Source: Tubiluchus corallicola
Lineage: Eukaryota > Animalia > Priapulida
Direction: 5' to 3'
NCBI GenBank assembly: GCA_030141605.1
Contig: JAQGDQ010000020.1
Span: forward strand, 434,001 to 498,000
Length of the DNA: 64,000 nucleotides
Below are positions 39,701-51,100 of this stretch, piece after piece (positions within the stretch are counted from its first letter, which is position 1; each line of letters begins with the position of its first letter). The notes beneath the pieces were generated by a model. That model was given only the letters and a program-made list of their open reading frames with translations, did no database searches and was not told the origin of the DNA. Both the position numbers and the translations under genes were made by a program.

Positions 39701-41701
39701 TTTTTCTGTTTCTTAATGTTTGAGTATTTTCTGCCTAAATCATTTTGTTTTTTCCTAATTTCAATCACATCTTCTTATATAGCGTTTTGTGTGTCTTTTA
39801 TTTCACCAATTGGTTTGAGTAATTGTTTTACAGAACAGTCAAGTGAGATCAGTAGGAAATCAGGGTGCTTATTGCGACACTAGCTTCAGATTACAAAAAA
39901 CTGTTCATTACAGATTATTTCAAGTAATAAGGGCCCGTAGCTGGCGAGGCATGAAACAAAACTAAAAACATTCACAGGATTAATGATAGCTATCTTCCTG
40001 ATAGTTCGTGACTTACATCCTACTTATGGGTGACGGCAAATGTCAACCAATCAAACATTTTAAGCTGGGCAATGTGTACAGTACATACACAATTAAACGA
40101 CCCCAGGTATGATGATAGACAATTAATAGCTGTATACATAATTTTTCTTTTAAAATATAAACAATTCAAAATAACTGTTTGTTTGCGAACCGCGATTTTG
40201 TCATTTTACGAAATGTTTTTTCTTCACTTTTTTGTTTATTTCTTAGCTTGTACTGTTAGATTATAGATTTATAACTGAAACCTTTGCACCCAAAAGCAGC
40301 AGCATATTAGTTGAAGGAGTTATTTTTAAAAGCCAAAACAGCTCACGTAGAGCATTTTTGATTTTTCCTTATCTTGGCCTTTTTGTTAAATAATTTTGTT
40401 TCATTTCATTGGTGTATAATTATTGCTTTGGGTATTTATGTACTATTACATGCTAAGTATGTTAACTGCTGCATGCTACATAATATGAGCAACATACTGT
40501 CATATGTGTTCCCCAAACGAACATTAAAAAATTTCTGTAGTTAAAATTATGTTTTTCTCAGATGCTTGGCTAAGTTTTTGCTGTCCATGAAGTGGTAGAA
40601 AGTTATTGCCGAAGGGCAAAACAAGCACTCGCCAACGTTAACGAACAATGGTTCCTTGTTCGAGAATAATTGTCTTATATGTGTGCCAAGACAGACAACA
40701 GGAATTTTTCTTGTTTAGCATGCAAAACAGGTTGCAAAGTTTCCAAATTATTCAAAATTAAACTCCACATTGCTCACTTGGGTACCTTGTACCCAGAAAA
40801 AGAACTTACACTTACATACACACAAAGTATTGTAATTGTAAACTGCTTAGATATTTTTATGGCCAACTATAATAAAATAAATGTAGAGCAGGCCATTCTA
40901 TTATCCTGGCATGATACAAGCCTGGTGTACAGAATGCTGCTAACTAGTACAGTACAGCTACAGCAACATATTACTAAGTAATTATTACACGTTTAAAATT
41001 CGGAAGTTCTAATATTTAAAGAGGCTTCATAAATGAACTCATCGAATGATAAAACTTTGCCGGAATTCTTAATGCCATGATAACATCACTTTATACCTAC
41101 CAACATAAAATCGAATTAAGTAGCCTAGTTCTTTGCTTTGTCCAACCTCTTGTATCCTACAAATGTCGGTATAACCAAGTCTCGTCAGATATTCATTTTG
41201 AAGAGCAAGGGGGTGGTCATACGGCTCTAACCGTTTAATGGTCCCGCCATTGTACTGAATGTGCAGAGCATTTGACAATGCGTTAAGTTTTAGACAAATC
41301 TGATGTGCCGTCGTACTCAGTGAACACGGTATACAACGAGACTTCAAAACGCTTGTGTCTGGATCATAAACACGGATATAACCATGGTTGGTGTCTCCCA
41401 GCCAATGTTCAGCCTCAAACTGGCGCTCAGTACCTTGTGAATGTGTTCGAGAAAACGAAGAACTGCTACTACTCGTAGGAGACCTATCTTTCTCATAATT
41501 TTCACTTATTTCCCAGTTATCAATATCATCTTCTATTTGTCCTATATTGCGACTTTCTGGTGATCTGCTACTTGAGCTACGAGAAACAGAGTCGATACCC
41601 TTTTCGCCCATAAACTCTTTCCACCAGTTCTGACCCGAGCGCACTTTATAACTGAGCATAGAATACTGTGATCTAATGCTGTCTTTCTCTATTCGATCCA
41701 T
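683..41701 (-). CDS. PHLPP: PH domain leucine-rich repeat protein phosphatase (PHLPP family), 5' partial; continues beyond the left edge
   Basis: Exons 41701-41101, 35612-35478, 30269-30088, 29523-29370, 27294-27126, 3225-3087, 2444-2364, 2261-2042, 1222-1162, 778-683. All introns are GT-AG and phases match. Order is RA-like region (GYIRVYD...RLEPYDHPLALQNEYL..LGY), PH domain (GQLYVRKGKVFHQWAKRFVALSGTRLLVY...KWL), then LRRs, as in PHLPP. The PP2C domain is not in the window. Confidence 0.92.
1162..1222 (-). CDS. PHLPP: PHLPP exon 9 (LRR; not in the ORF track)
   Basis: tttcag|GT...CA|gtaagt; LQSVYMTPLPENLRILDLS. Confidence 0.85.
2042..2261 (-). CDS. PHLPP: PHLPP exon 8 (LRR)
   Basis: ttgcag|ATG GAC...AAC A|gtaagt; LTHLDVSHNRI, LEYLNCEHNKL. 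Confidence 0.9.
2364..2444 (-). CDS. PHLPP: PHLPP exon 7 (LRR; not in the ORF track)
   Basis: ttcag|LDNIVMTGNYVERLPGDTVSGLKHVQK|gtgcgt; 81 nt, phase 0-0. Confidence 0.85.
3087..3225 (-). CDS. PHLPP: PHLPP exon 6 (LRR)
   Basis: ttccag|T TTG CGG...CAG|gtatgt; the phase-2 join AA+T continues the LRR (ELTN-LRALHLHNN). Confidence 0.9.
3376..3425. repeat. 25-bp tandem duplication
   Basis: ACGGTAGCTTACTT(A/G)TAGGTATAAA twice, one mismatch. Confidence 0.9.
5715..6180 (-). mobile_element. Tc1-family transposase fossil
   Basis: Frameshifted motifs in the correct order: WGKVMF-SD, QMI*GAM, LY..TTM.GPRY, FLYDGA-CHR, VFDWPGNNPDLNPSE, KIAEKQPS. These match the Tc1 DDE core (FSDE, DGAPCH, WPxNSPDLNPIE). 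Confidence 0.85.
18415..18430. repeat. Poly-C run
   Basis: 16 consecutive C. Confidence 0.9.
21950..22120 (-). mobile_element. Possible pogo-like DNA transposon 5' remnant
   Basis: GGGGGCAAATGGACAC terminal-like sequence followed by MFERKYVKTASRGYW, resembling the MPRKY..T.RG.W start of HTH-psq transposases (from recall, not a search). Confidence 0.35.
27126..27294 (-). CDS. PHLPP: PHLPP exon 5 (LRR)
   Basis: tacag|GA TGG...ACA AA|gtaagt; LHTLNLSDN, LQELNVSSNKIEELP. Confidence 0.9.
27528..27910. mobile_element. Tc1/mariner-type MITE
   Basis: Left TA-CAGGGTGTCTGGAAATGA; right TCATTTCCCGACACTCCTTA-TA; a second internal inverted pair at 27697-27720 and 27856-27879. Confidence 0.7.
29370..29523 (-). 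CDS. PHLPP: PHLPP exon 4 (first LRRs)
   Basis: ttcag|GCA...ATT G|gtaggt; DLSNNHLEYIPENLF..LSQLNLRHN. Confidence 0.9.
30088..30269 (-). CDS. PHLPP: PHLPP exon 3 (PH domain, second part)
   Basis: ctcag|GA...AAG|gtaatt; ends VFLSFGSDAEISKWLRKCMK (PH C-terminal helix Trp). Confidence 0.9.
32508..32532. repeat. (TA)n microsatellite
   Basis: Directly visible. Confidence 0.9.
35478..35612 (-). CDS. PHLPP: PHLPP exon 2 (PH domain, first part)
   Basis: tttcag|GA AAA CCG...CCT G|gtaagc; KPTQDGTFSRNNVSGQLYVRKGK. Confidence 0.9.
36240..39950 (-). mobile_element. Degenerate near-full-length non-LTR retrotransposon (ORF1 plus APE endonuclease and RT) in PHLPP intron 1
   Basis: ORF1 coiled coil with NIVVFGL.E..RPRPVLV; endonuclease SWNI, DIICLQE, IIGDLN, SQLDF; RT NYHGISI, EQAG, FIDFAK, GVRQ; C-terminal RISGHKLATESG. 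Many stops and frameshifts. Boundaries approximate. Confidence 0.9.
41101..41701 (-). CDS. PHLPP: PHLPP exon 1 (Ser-rich N-terminus and RA-like domain)
   Basis: ATG in aaaATGG context with an in-frame TGA upstream; donor G|gtaggt, phase 1. Confidence 0.88.
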
Positions 41702-42095
41702 TTTATCACAAAAACTCTCATTGGAATTAAACAGCGATTTTTCTCTATGAACATGATATCAAAACATCAATCCGTCCATTGCCGACACGGTTATGCTTTT
41801 GCAACCTGTTAAACTTGTCAGCCTAACGCTTGGTCGCTTGCACCAGCATTAACTATGGCAAACTAGCAAAGGCAACCCGCCTGCTAAAATCTATTGAGCA
41901 TGCGCACCGAGTTCCAGCATACGTCAATTATACAAACACAGAAACGCGTCATTGGCAACAGAGCTAAAGTAATATTCTGTTGTCGCAGTGCTGTTTGCAC
42001 ACTTTTATACTTAAAATTTGACAAAAATTGTAAATTTGCAAAATTTGATAAAGAAACACGTGGAATTTAGGACAATAAGCTAAAGTAAGACGACC
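41702..42095. promoter_or_regulatory. Shared divergent promoter/5' UTR region of PHLPP and EFHC1
   Basis: 394 bp between ATGs. TGAGCATGCGCA (NRF1-like, 41895-41906), ACGTCA (41921), ATTGG (41951), GGCAAC RFX half-sites (41871, 41954), CACGTG (42057). Motif function is inferred. Confidence 0.7.
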
Positions 42096-42143
42096 ATGGA
42101 GGAGATGCCAAAACTGCCAGGTTACAGTTTTAAAGACCCTAGC
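42096..42143 (+). CDS. EFHC1: EFHC1 exon 1
   Basis: accATGG; [16 protein letters not shown]|gtaagt. Confidence 0.88.
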
Positions 42144-45100
42144 GTAAGTTTGTTTGTTTTTCTAAATTTCCAAAATGCCACAAGGCGGGCGTTATGTAAA
42201 TTGTTAATTCTTCAAAAGCACATGCAGTTTAAAACTTCAAGTTGTAACTAACATTTATATACTTCATTGATGTTTTACAGTGATTCGGTTTTTGTTTGCC
42301 TTGCAATTATTGTAGTGTACTCGTATAATCTGCTTCACTTCACACTTGATCACTGTCTTTATTTAATTTAACGCTAAACTTTTTCCTAATTTAGTAGCCT
42401 ACTAATCTGTTACCATTGCTTCAATCATGATCTTAAACATGAAAATATGCTAATAGGCTTACTATGTCTGTGCAGGCCTATGGGTCTTCTGACTAATTTA
42501 GTAGTTACTACATAGTATGCATAGTGTGTAGTGTGCACCTATGCATAAAGGTAACATTCTGCATGTATGTAATGATGTAAAAGATTGTGTAGTCAGCTGG
42601 TTATTTGGTTCAGTTTTTCATGAACATTGTAACAGTTTATCACTTAGTAGTATATATTACAATATAATAGATGTGTATGCAAGTTTCTTTGATTGTGCCA
42701 AGTCCCAAGTTTCACCGATTCTTATAATTAGTTGCAACGACCAATTTTTTAGAAAATGGCATTTCATCGACAACAATCTCTTGGATATGTGAATGGGTAT
42801 CCAATGCGTAATGCTCCAAAATCTGGCATTGGTGGTGAGCCTTTGAAAGCAAAATCTATATCTGAAGCAGCCGACAAGAATCTTCCAGAGCATCCAGAAT
42901 ATGTGTATGAAATTGGTGCAAGGGCAACAAAGACACTTTCAGCTGCAGGACCACGTTCTGCAGCAGCTTACAGAGCAGGGCCAGGTCAAATTTCTCAGTT
43001 AGTTCCTCAAACACAGTTCTTGCCAGCCCATTTCGTATTTGACAAAAAGGTACATTTTATTCAGGTTTTACGTAATGTGTTTCACTACATGTGACACGTA
43101 TTATGACGTGTAGTATTTTCTTTAAAACACTATACAATTTTTAAATAACTTTTGTCTTCCACTTTTCTGACTATTGATTTTTTTAGTCATTTTTACTCTT
43201 TTAACCAGCATGTCAACTTTTATTGCCTTTAAATTATGATAATTGCAATATTGGACATATAAATCCATATTGATTTCAAAGTCCTTGTTCCACTTAATAA
43301 CTTTATAATTCTTAATTTTATTATATTCTTTTGAGCTGAAGTTTGAATTCATTTTTTTAGGTTCTTAAATTTAATGCATACTTCACAGAAACTGTTGTTG
43401 AAGCTGCTGAGGAAACAATGCGAATTCGCCCTGTAAACATTTACTATTATCTGGAAGATGATAGCATTGTCGTTAATGAGCCCACTGTAATCAATAGTGG
43501 CATTCCACAGGTGATTAAAGTTTAATGAACATTGAACAGTCTCTACCGTTATAAAATAGGTATCCACCAGTTAGGTTATGGTGTTTTTTCTTTTATTAAT
43601 AGACGGCGCCACATGCTTAGCACAAAAAATTGACACTATGCTTGCCGATATTTGGTTTGCCTCTTGGTTTGTGTCTAGTAATTCTATGAATTAGATTACA
43701 GTCGTGAACTACTTCATACTGTTTACTAAATTTTGTAAACAAGCGAAAAAGCAAAAAATTCTTCCATGTTGAAGTGATGAGAAAAGAAATGAAAGATTTA
43801 AGTAATAGAGGGATTAGGAAAAATCAATTAGTGTATCTATGTTGCAATGGCTAATCGAATGCTTCTTTTATATTTTCAACTGACAAGCTGACAAAGGTTA
43901 CTCACAAACATAGCTGGAGAATGTATTGAACTATACTGTGAGAATCAAAATCAAGTGCACATTCTTAGTATTATTTTTATTCTTTTTTCCATCCGCACTA
44001 GCTTTAATTCTGCTTGTTTATCAATAAAACAGGAATTTTATGATTGTGCAACATGTAATGGCTGGAAAGGTTAGAATGAGTCAGATTTATTTCTCCAAAC
44101 CAAAAAAAAGACTTAGAAAAATATGCTGCTGGATCAGATTGAATATGAGATGAACCCTTTCACAAAGTATAGCTGGGGTACCTTATGTCATTTAAACCCA
44201 TATTGTTGCTGACTTTAGTCTTAGATTGATCATGTATAAATTTCATATGAACTAATTTTATTGCAGTATATGAAAAAACTATAAGTTTACAACACGTTTG
44301 TACATCCATTGTCTTTTTTTGTTAGCGCCTAGCATTTTGGTCAAAGGGTAACAATGTTTAATCTTTCATACAAAATCTTAATATTTTTAAATGAAATAAA
44401 TGAATCCTTCTTTGAAGTGATTTGCTTAGCATTTTCTGGTAGTCTGGTAAGTTTATAACAATTATTGGAATAATTAACAAATTGCTACTAAACATGTATG
44501 CATTTTTGTGCTTTTTTGGATTGTCGAAGATTTTATGTTGTAGTTGCTGTCAGTGAGCAACATTTTGCGGGAATGGGCTGGGTAGGGTTGGCTTTGCATG
44601 CACTGCCAATCTGTGTATTGCAGCAGTTGCTAGAGTGGAGTCCCGAGATTTGTCATCTTAAACTCCTAAAATTAAACCAGCTGAGAAGTGTTCTGAAAAT
44701 TTAAGGGAAGAACTTTCAATTAACATTGGTGCAGAGAGACATTGCCCTCAATGTAAATGGGTTAAGCTTGCTCTTACGTAGTTAGGTTACACTATTCCTG
44801 ATCCTTACATTACAAAAATCACCTTTCTGTTCATTTGCCCTGAACTTCCACTACATCAACATTCAAATGTTTTATTTTCAGGGCAAGTTGTTAAAACGAC
44901 AAAAAATTCCAAAACTAGATGACGGCACTCCATGGCACTGGAAAGACTTTAATGTTGGCATTAATGTCGTCTTTTATGGGAAAGTGTTTCATATTGTTGA
45001 CTGCGATGGTTGGACAAAGGTATTTTGCCCGATTCCTCTCTTTCTGTGCTTTCCTAACTCCATCATGTTTCATCTGTGTCTGGTAAAATCTTCATGTCTG

Positions 45101-48100
45101 AAATTGCAGGATTTTGCAGCTGTTTCACATTTTACTGGAGATACAGCATTAGGGATTGTCTATGTGAAAACCATTGATTTTCTTGTACATTTTAACATGT
45201 AAGTTTCTATGTACCAAGACACCCCAATTCGGTGTGTGTGCCATCCACATTTGCAAGTGTTATCCCGCTCTGCTGGCCAGCATGTTATTCTCTCACATTT
45301 AAAATGTTAATAGAATAAGCGAACTTGAATAAGCAAACTTGATTAAAATTAAAAAAATTGTCACTTTGCCCGAGTTTTCCGATCTCTGCATAGGGTCTCC
45401 CCAGCAGAGTTTGTGGCAGTGCTTCGGTTGTTAATGCATTTTACACCATTTAAGGGTATTTTGAGCCGAAAGGTATGTGGGAGTATTCGTAAGAAAGTTT
45501 TCCGCTTATTTTATAACTCATTTTCGCTACATGTTTTGGTCAACAAATATAATAAAAGTTATTTTCTAAACCTAAAAATCTAAAATCTGAGCAATAGTTC
45601 ATTGGTAATTTTTATGGGTAATTGATAACCATTCATTTATCATTTTCATTTTGTCTTATTGTGTGTTCTACTCGCACTCAATTTTGCTTGCATTTACTTT
45701 TTCAATAATATACACATTGTATACCCCCATACACCCTCAATTTGAGCACTGGCTAATGTAGCTAAAACCTTCAATTCTGATTAATGGGTTTGCCACCATT
45801 TGTAAATCTTGACGAACACATGAAATAGGATTATTTTGATACATCTGTTAAAATAATAACTTTTTTTGTTCACAAATCATGGAAATTTTATGCAGACTTC
45901 TTATTTTGTCAATTTATAAAAACAAGCAAAAGCCTGCAATGATCTTGGAGATTTTTTTTGAGACTTGTAGGTTTCAAACATCAGCTACTGAAAGTGTCAT
46001 TTCATAGAGTTGTTGAATGTGCATTTAAGTGATTATGGCAATGTAATATGATCAGAAATTGTTATATGTGAGCAGAAGTACGATAGTTAATATGATATGA
46101 TAAATGTTAGCATATTTAAGATTTGTGAAATTGTGATCCAGAAATGCAATACAAAAATAAAAATTCGTGTAACTTTACATTATAACTAATAATCACTAAT
46201 AATTAGTCACACAAGGAAACTTTATTATCATTGTCAGTCATTAGATCAATGCTTTTTGCAAGGTCAAGAAGCCCTCCACGCTACTCACTGATGCCTTACG
46301 AAGATTTTGGCTTTTTGTTGGTGTTAGAAATTTCTAAAACCTAAAGTCTAGGGTTTGAGGACTTTGTCATAAAATTTAAAATTATACTTGGACATTTTCA
46401 GATGATCTGTAAAAATTTATAAGTTATAAGAGTACCTAAATCTTCCAAAATTTTCTGAATGGCATAAAAACGCATTCGCAGTCTAGGCTTTGACCCCGCG
46501 AATTTCACTGGATGCGCTCACAGACTCTGTAGTTTGAACTTCATTGACAGGCTGCAAGCCACCCCATAAATCTCTCTCGTTTTAGGAAATCTTTGCTGCT
46601 CTGTAAGTGGTTTGTCATTACACTCTCAACTGCCTACTCCATGTGGGAGCATCTTGTATTATGTAGGAGTTTGAACAATTAATCTTATTCATTTTAAGAC
46701 CTCACAGAGACTCGCTGATTCTCCATTTATACTCAATCATTAGTGAATCGTCTGTCTTTAGTTTACACTAATTAAGCAAACCTGTAAAAAGTTGTCTACT
46801 ATTCCATTTTATTAGTGCGGCTTTTGCAGGAATTCATGGCAAGTGAGGGCATTGAACTCAATGATCCTGAACTGATCCCAGATGATCCATATACAACAGC
46901 ACGTGCAAAGAGAACTGCTATTGCTAACTACAAAACACCCTCAACATTTGATAAAACTCGTCAGTTTCTGGAATTGGATAGAAAAGTTTTACGATTTTAT
47001 TGTGTTTGGGATGATAGGGATAGCATGTTTGGCGAAGTACGACCTTGTGTTCTTCATGTAAGTTAATAAGTTTCAATATAGCTTAATTAAAAAATGTTGC
47101 ATGCATGTGATAGTTCTGTAAGGTAGTACCTAATTAAATTCAAGAGAAATTTTGTTGTTTTTGTCTATGTAATGCATCTTGATTTAACAAAAATTGCTTT
47201 GGACTAGTGGGCATTCATTTAATGTCATTTAATATAATTTTACTTGTTTCTTATTTATTGTTCTTTTCTATTTAGTACTATTTAGTTGATGACACAGTAG
47301 AAATTAGAGAACAACATTCAGCAAATAATGGAAGGGACCCTTTTCCAGTTCTGATGCGAAGGCAAAAACTTGCAAAAAACAGAGGAAAACTTCCATGTAA
47401 GCCAATACTTGTTGCTTAAACATCTCAGTGTTTTCTTAAAATTACTAATTACCAGTGTCTAATTTTTGTTTTTGATGTACTTCTTTATTCTAATTACAGC
47501 ATTGTTTCCCACCATAGCAATGGAGGTGACAGATAGTGACATTTCTGAGTGGTACACACCAAAAGATTTTCGCATTGGGGACTCTCTTGTCATTTATGGC
47601 AGAAAGTAATTATGCTTTTGGAGGTTAAATGAAATAATGTGTTTATATATGGCCTATAACCTCATAATGGTTCCTGTAAAGTATCAGGAAAAATAAAAAA
47701 TGACGTGAAACAGTTAGTCTTTTCAGAAAAGTGTTCACTATCATCTTCTAGAATGTTTATTATTTTGTCACCTTTTCTGAAACTTCCTTCTTAAAGACTT
47801 AACGAGATAGTCATTAGTTAGTACCCAATATGCGGTAAAAATGGCATGGGTAAAAATGGCACAGTAAAAATGGCACAGGAAAAAATGGTGCAGGAAAAAA
47901 TAGCTCAGGTAAAAATGGAACAGGAAAAAATTTTCATTAAATGGATTTATAGTCAATAATGCACGAGTGTTCCACATGGTGTTTATCCAACTTTTCACCA
48001 TTAATTTTGGCGATGGTAATAGACTGACAAATATATACATACCAAATTACCTTATAAGCCTATACACACTAATAAGCCAATGGTATAGACAGTGTGCAGT

Positions 48101-51100
48101 GTGAAAGTGACTTTCTGGTGCAGTGTGGTACACAGTTTTACAAGACAGAATTTTTCAAAATGCAGCTGGAACTAACTCGTAGTTGTGTGTCCAGTGGAGA
48201 TAACAAAAAAGAAGTACTAAACACTCCCTCCAAGACCCCATGAAGCACTCCACAAATGTTTTTTTGTATATGGTGTTCGGTCAAGCTTTGAGAAAAAAGA
48301 ACCGACGAAAAGATTCCAACTTCAGTACCCTATGCCCACTTTTGTTCACAGAGTTTCTTGGAAAACTGTCAGATAGTTTTTGTGTAATATTTTTATTACC
48401 ATAACAGACAAAAGACAACCAAATAAACAGACAAACAAACAAACAAACTGTGTTGAAAGTAACTTCTTTGGCAGAGGTAAAAATAACTAAAATAATTATC
48501 CCCACTGTAACCCTAACCCTAAGCGCATACTTTACTAAGTGTGCCATTTTTTCCTGTGTGATTTTCATTCTGTGCCATTTTTACCGTGCCATTTTTTCTG
48601 TTGCCATTTTTACCTACATTCGTTAGTGGCCGGCTTTTTTGCACTAACTATTTAAAGGTGGATGGTTGTGAATCCATACATGACTTTTTTGATTTAAAGG
48701 TGTGGGTTGTGTCTTCAGGACTAAATGCACTAATGTAATGTCAGCATTTTTAAAACTTCCACACACAACCACACCTCCAGCTGTCTTTTTTTGAGTAAGG
48801 GTTTTTAAAGTTAATGAGAATGTCCTGGTATATTGAAAGTTTGTGTATGTGCGCACTTTTCTTTTTTTTTCTTAAAATGCTACGTGTAACCATTTTGGTT
48901 GAGCAGTTTTGAAAGGGTTTTAATGAAGACCTGCACAATAATAATTATTGTTGCAATCATATTGCTTAGATCATCGCTACGATATGATCTAATATAAGTA
49001 GTTACATGCATACATCAGAGAAACTATAATTAATGAACTACTATAACTTAATGAACAACGTAATGAAATCTTCTTTTAATGGCATAAATTATATTTCCTA
49101 ACTAGGTTCTTGATTTGTGACTGCGATGCATATACTCGTGATTTTTATAAAGCACATTTTGACATCTCAGATTTTACACCAATAGATAGAGAGAAGATCA
49201 TCGGACAAGAGAAACGTGTAGTGAAGAAGGTAGATGTGTGCTACATAATACCATTACGAAGCAGGAATGCATGTTCTTCTAATGCATTAACAATAGAATT
49301 TGTTGTTTTGTATGCTATCTATTTATCACATTTTACCATATTTGCCCAAGATAGAACTATCTAACAGGGCTTTTATTTGATACACATTAAAATCCAGGTC
49401 TATTGCTGAAAAAAGTCAACAAAAATAAACAATTTTTCTAGGGTAAGAAATGGCCTAGGGACTAGACCATAGTAACTTGATTAATATTAATAGTTTTCTA
49501 TTCCTTGCATAATTTGTCTACACATCAGCAATTGTAATTTTACATTAGTTCTACATTTATGAAAATGACAATCGTTTAGCAGTTTTGTTTTATAAGAACA
49601 TCAATCTCTATTCGAAATTACTGGAAGGTATTTGGTAGTAAATTATTTGTATATCTGTACACAAAACAAGCCATTCTCAATTTACAAACATTTACAACCA
49701 TCACAATTTTCATTTCTTTGAATAACAGCTCTGTACATATATTTTTCATATGAAAAATTCACGTGTTTTAACTAAGCTATCCATATTACCATTATAAGTG
49801 TATCTAGCGAGATTTTGATTTCCCTGATTTAAGAATGCATTATTATTATTATTATTATTATTATTAAAATGTTCTGATATAAAAACCTCAATAATTTTTA
49901 GTCATATTTTTTTCTGATTTTTTTTTCACATTTTCTTTAGGAAGTACCACCTTACACTGGTTTCGGCTCAGTGGAAGATAGTTTGCAATCATGTCTGTCA
50001 CTTATACCTCAACCACCCAAGAAAGACGTTGTTAAGATGTTGCAAAATGACCATAATGTCTTGCGTTATGCTGCAATTCTGGTAAGTTCTTTTATACCAT
50101 TTCAGTTATGTTGTACGTATTTGATAAATGTAATATTGCTGATATAGTGCTTAATTTCTTTTGTTGTCATTAGATTCATTTTTATCTGGACTTCAGAAAT
50201 TTTAGCGAGAAATGCATGCCGTACTGTTTTTGAGTTACATATTCGAATTTAGTTGTTAAAACAACTTTTTGCCCTATCTTTGTGAATTAATATTAATATT
50301 TTCATGGATTAGGATACAGTCAAGCAAGAGGACAAAAACAGAAGGTTCGTTATTTCATACCGACTTGCTGATGACATGGTCACAATATATGAACCACCTG
50401 TGAGAAACTCAGGAATTCTTGGAGGTAAGTTATATGCACACTCTTAGAATGTGAAAAATAATGTGAAACAGTCATTTTTAGGCTAAAACATCCAACTACA
50501 ACTATGTACATTTTGTTTTTCATTCATATATCTGTTGTCTCTACTATCAGGTAAAAAACTTTTCAATGTCATCATAATAGCATTTTATCTTGAATCCATT
50601 TAAATAAATTTCAGGGAAATTTTTAGAACGAACAAGGCTTCAAAAGCCAGGATCATCAGTGCAAAATCCTGAATTTTATGGACCTCAGGATTTTGACATT
50701 GGAAGCATAATAGTTGTATTCAACAATCGCTTCAAAATTGTTGATGTTGATGAATATGTAGTAAAATATGTAGAGCTACACAAGGACAAATTTCCGGGTA
50801 AATACAATTTAAAGCTTGCATGGTAATAGCCTAGTTTGTTGACATGTCTGTGTGTTAAAGAAAGGATCATCCAAGCTTAGAATGCAACTCACAAAGATCT
50901 ATGATTCTGCTGCCTAAGTTATTTACTGCAAACTGCATTTACTCTAAAAATTTAATACCATAATATTTCATCTTTACAAAAGCGTAAATCAAACATTGTG
51001 TTGTTGCAAATTTCATTTTTTAGTGAATGAAATTAAATTGGTATCTATTCATACAGTTTTATTTCATCTCATACTTATTTAAAGTTACTTTGTTATTTTT

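Noticed and set aside
47834-47930. Regular repeats suggesting a CRISPR array
   Set aside because: Head-to-tail 14-15 bp units with no unique spacers, an inverted partner arm and a eukaryotic intron context.
48508-48522. Interstitial telomere or chromosome-fusion scar
   Set aside because: Only about 2.5 units, and embedded in a transposon arm.
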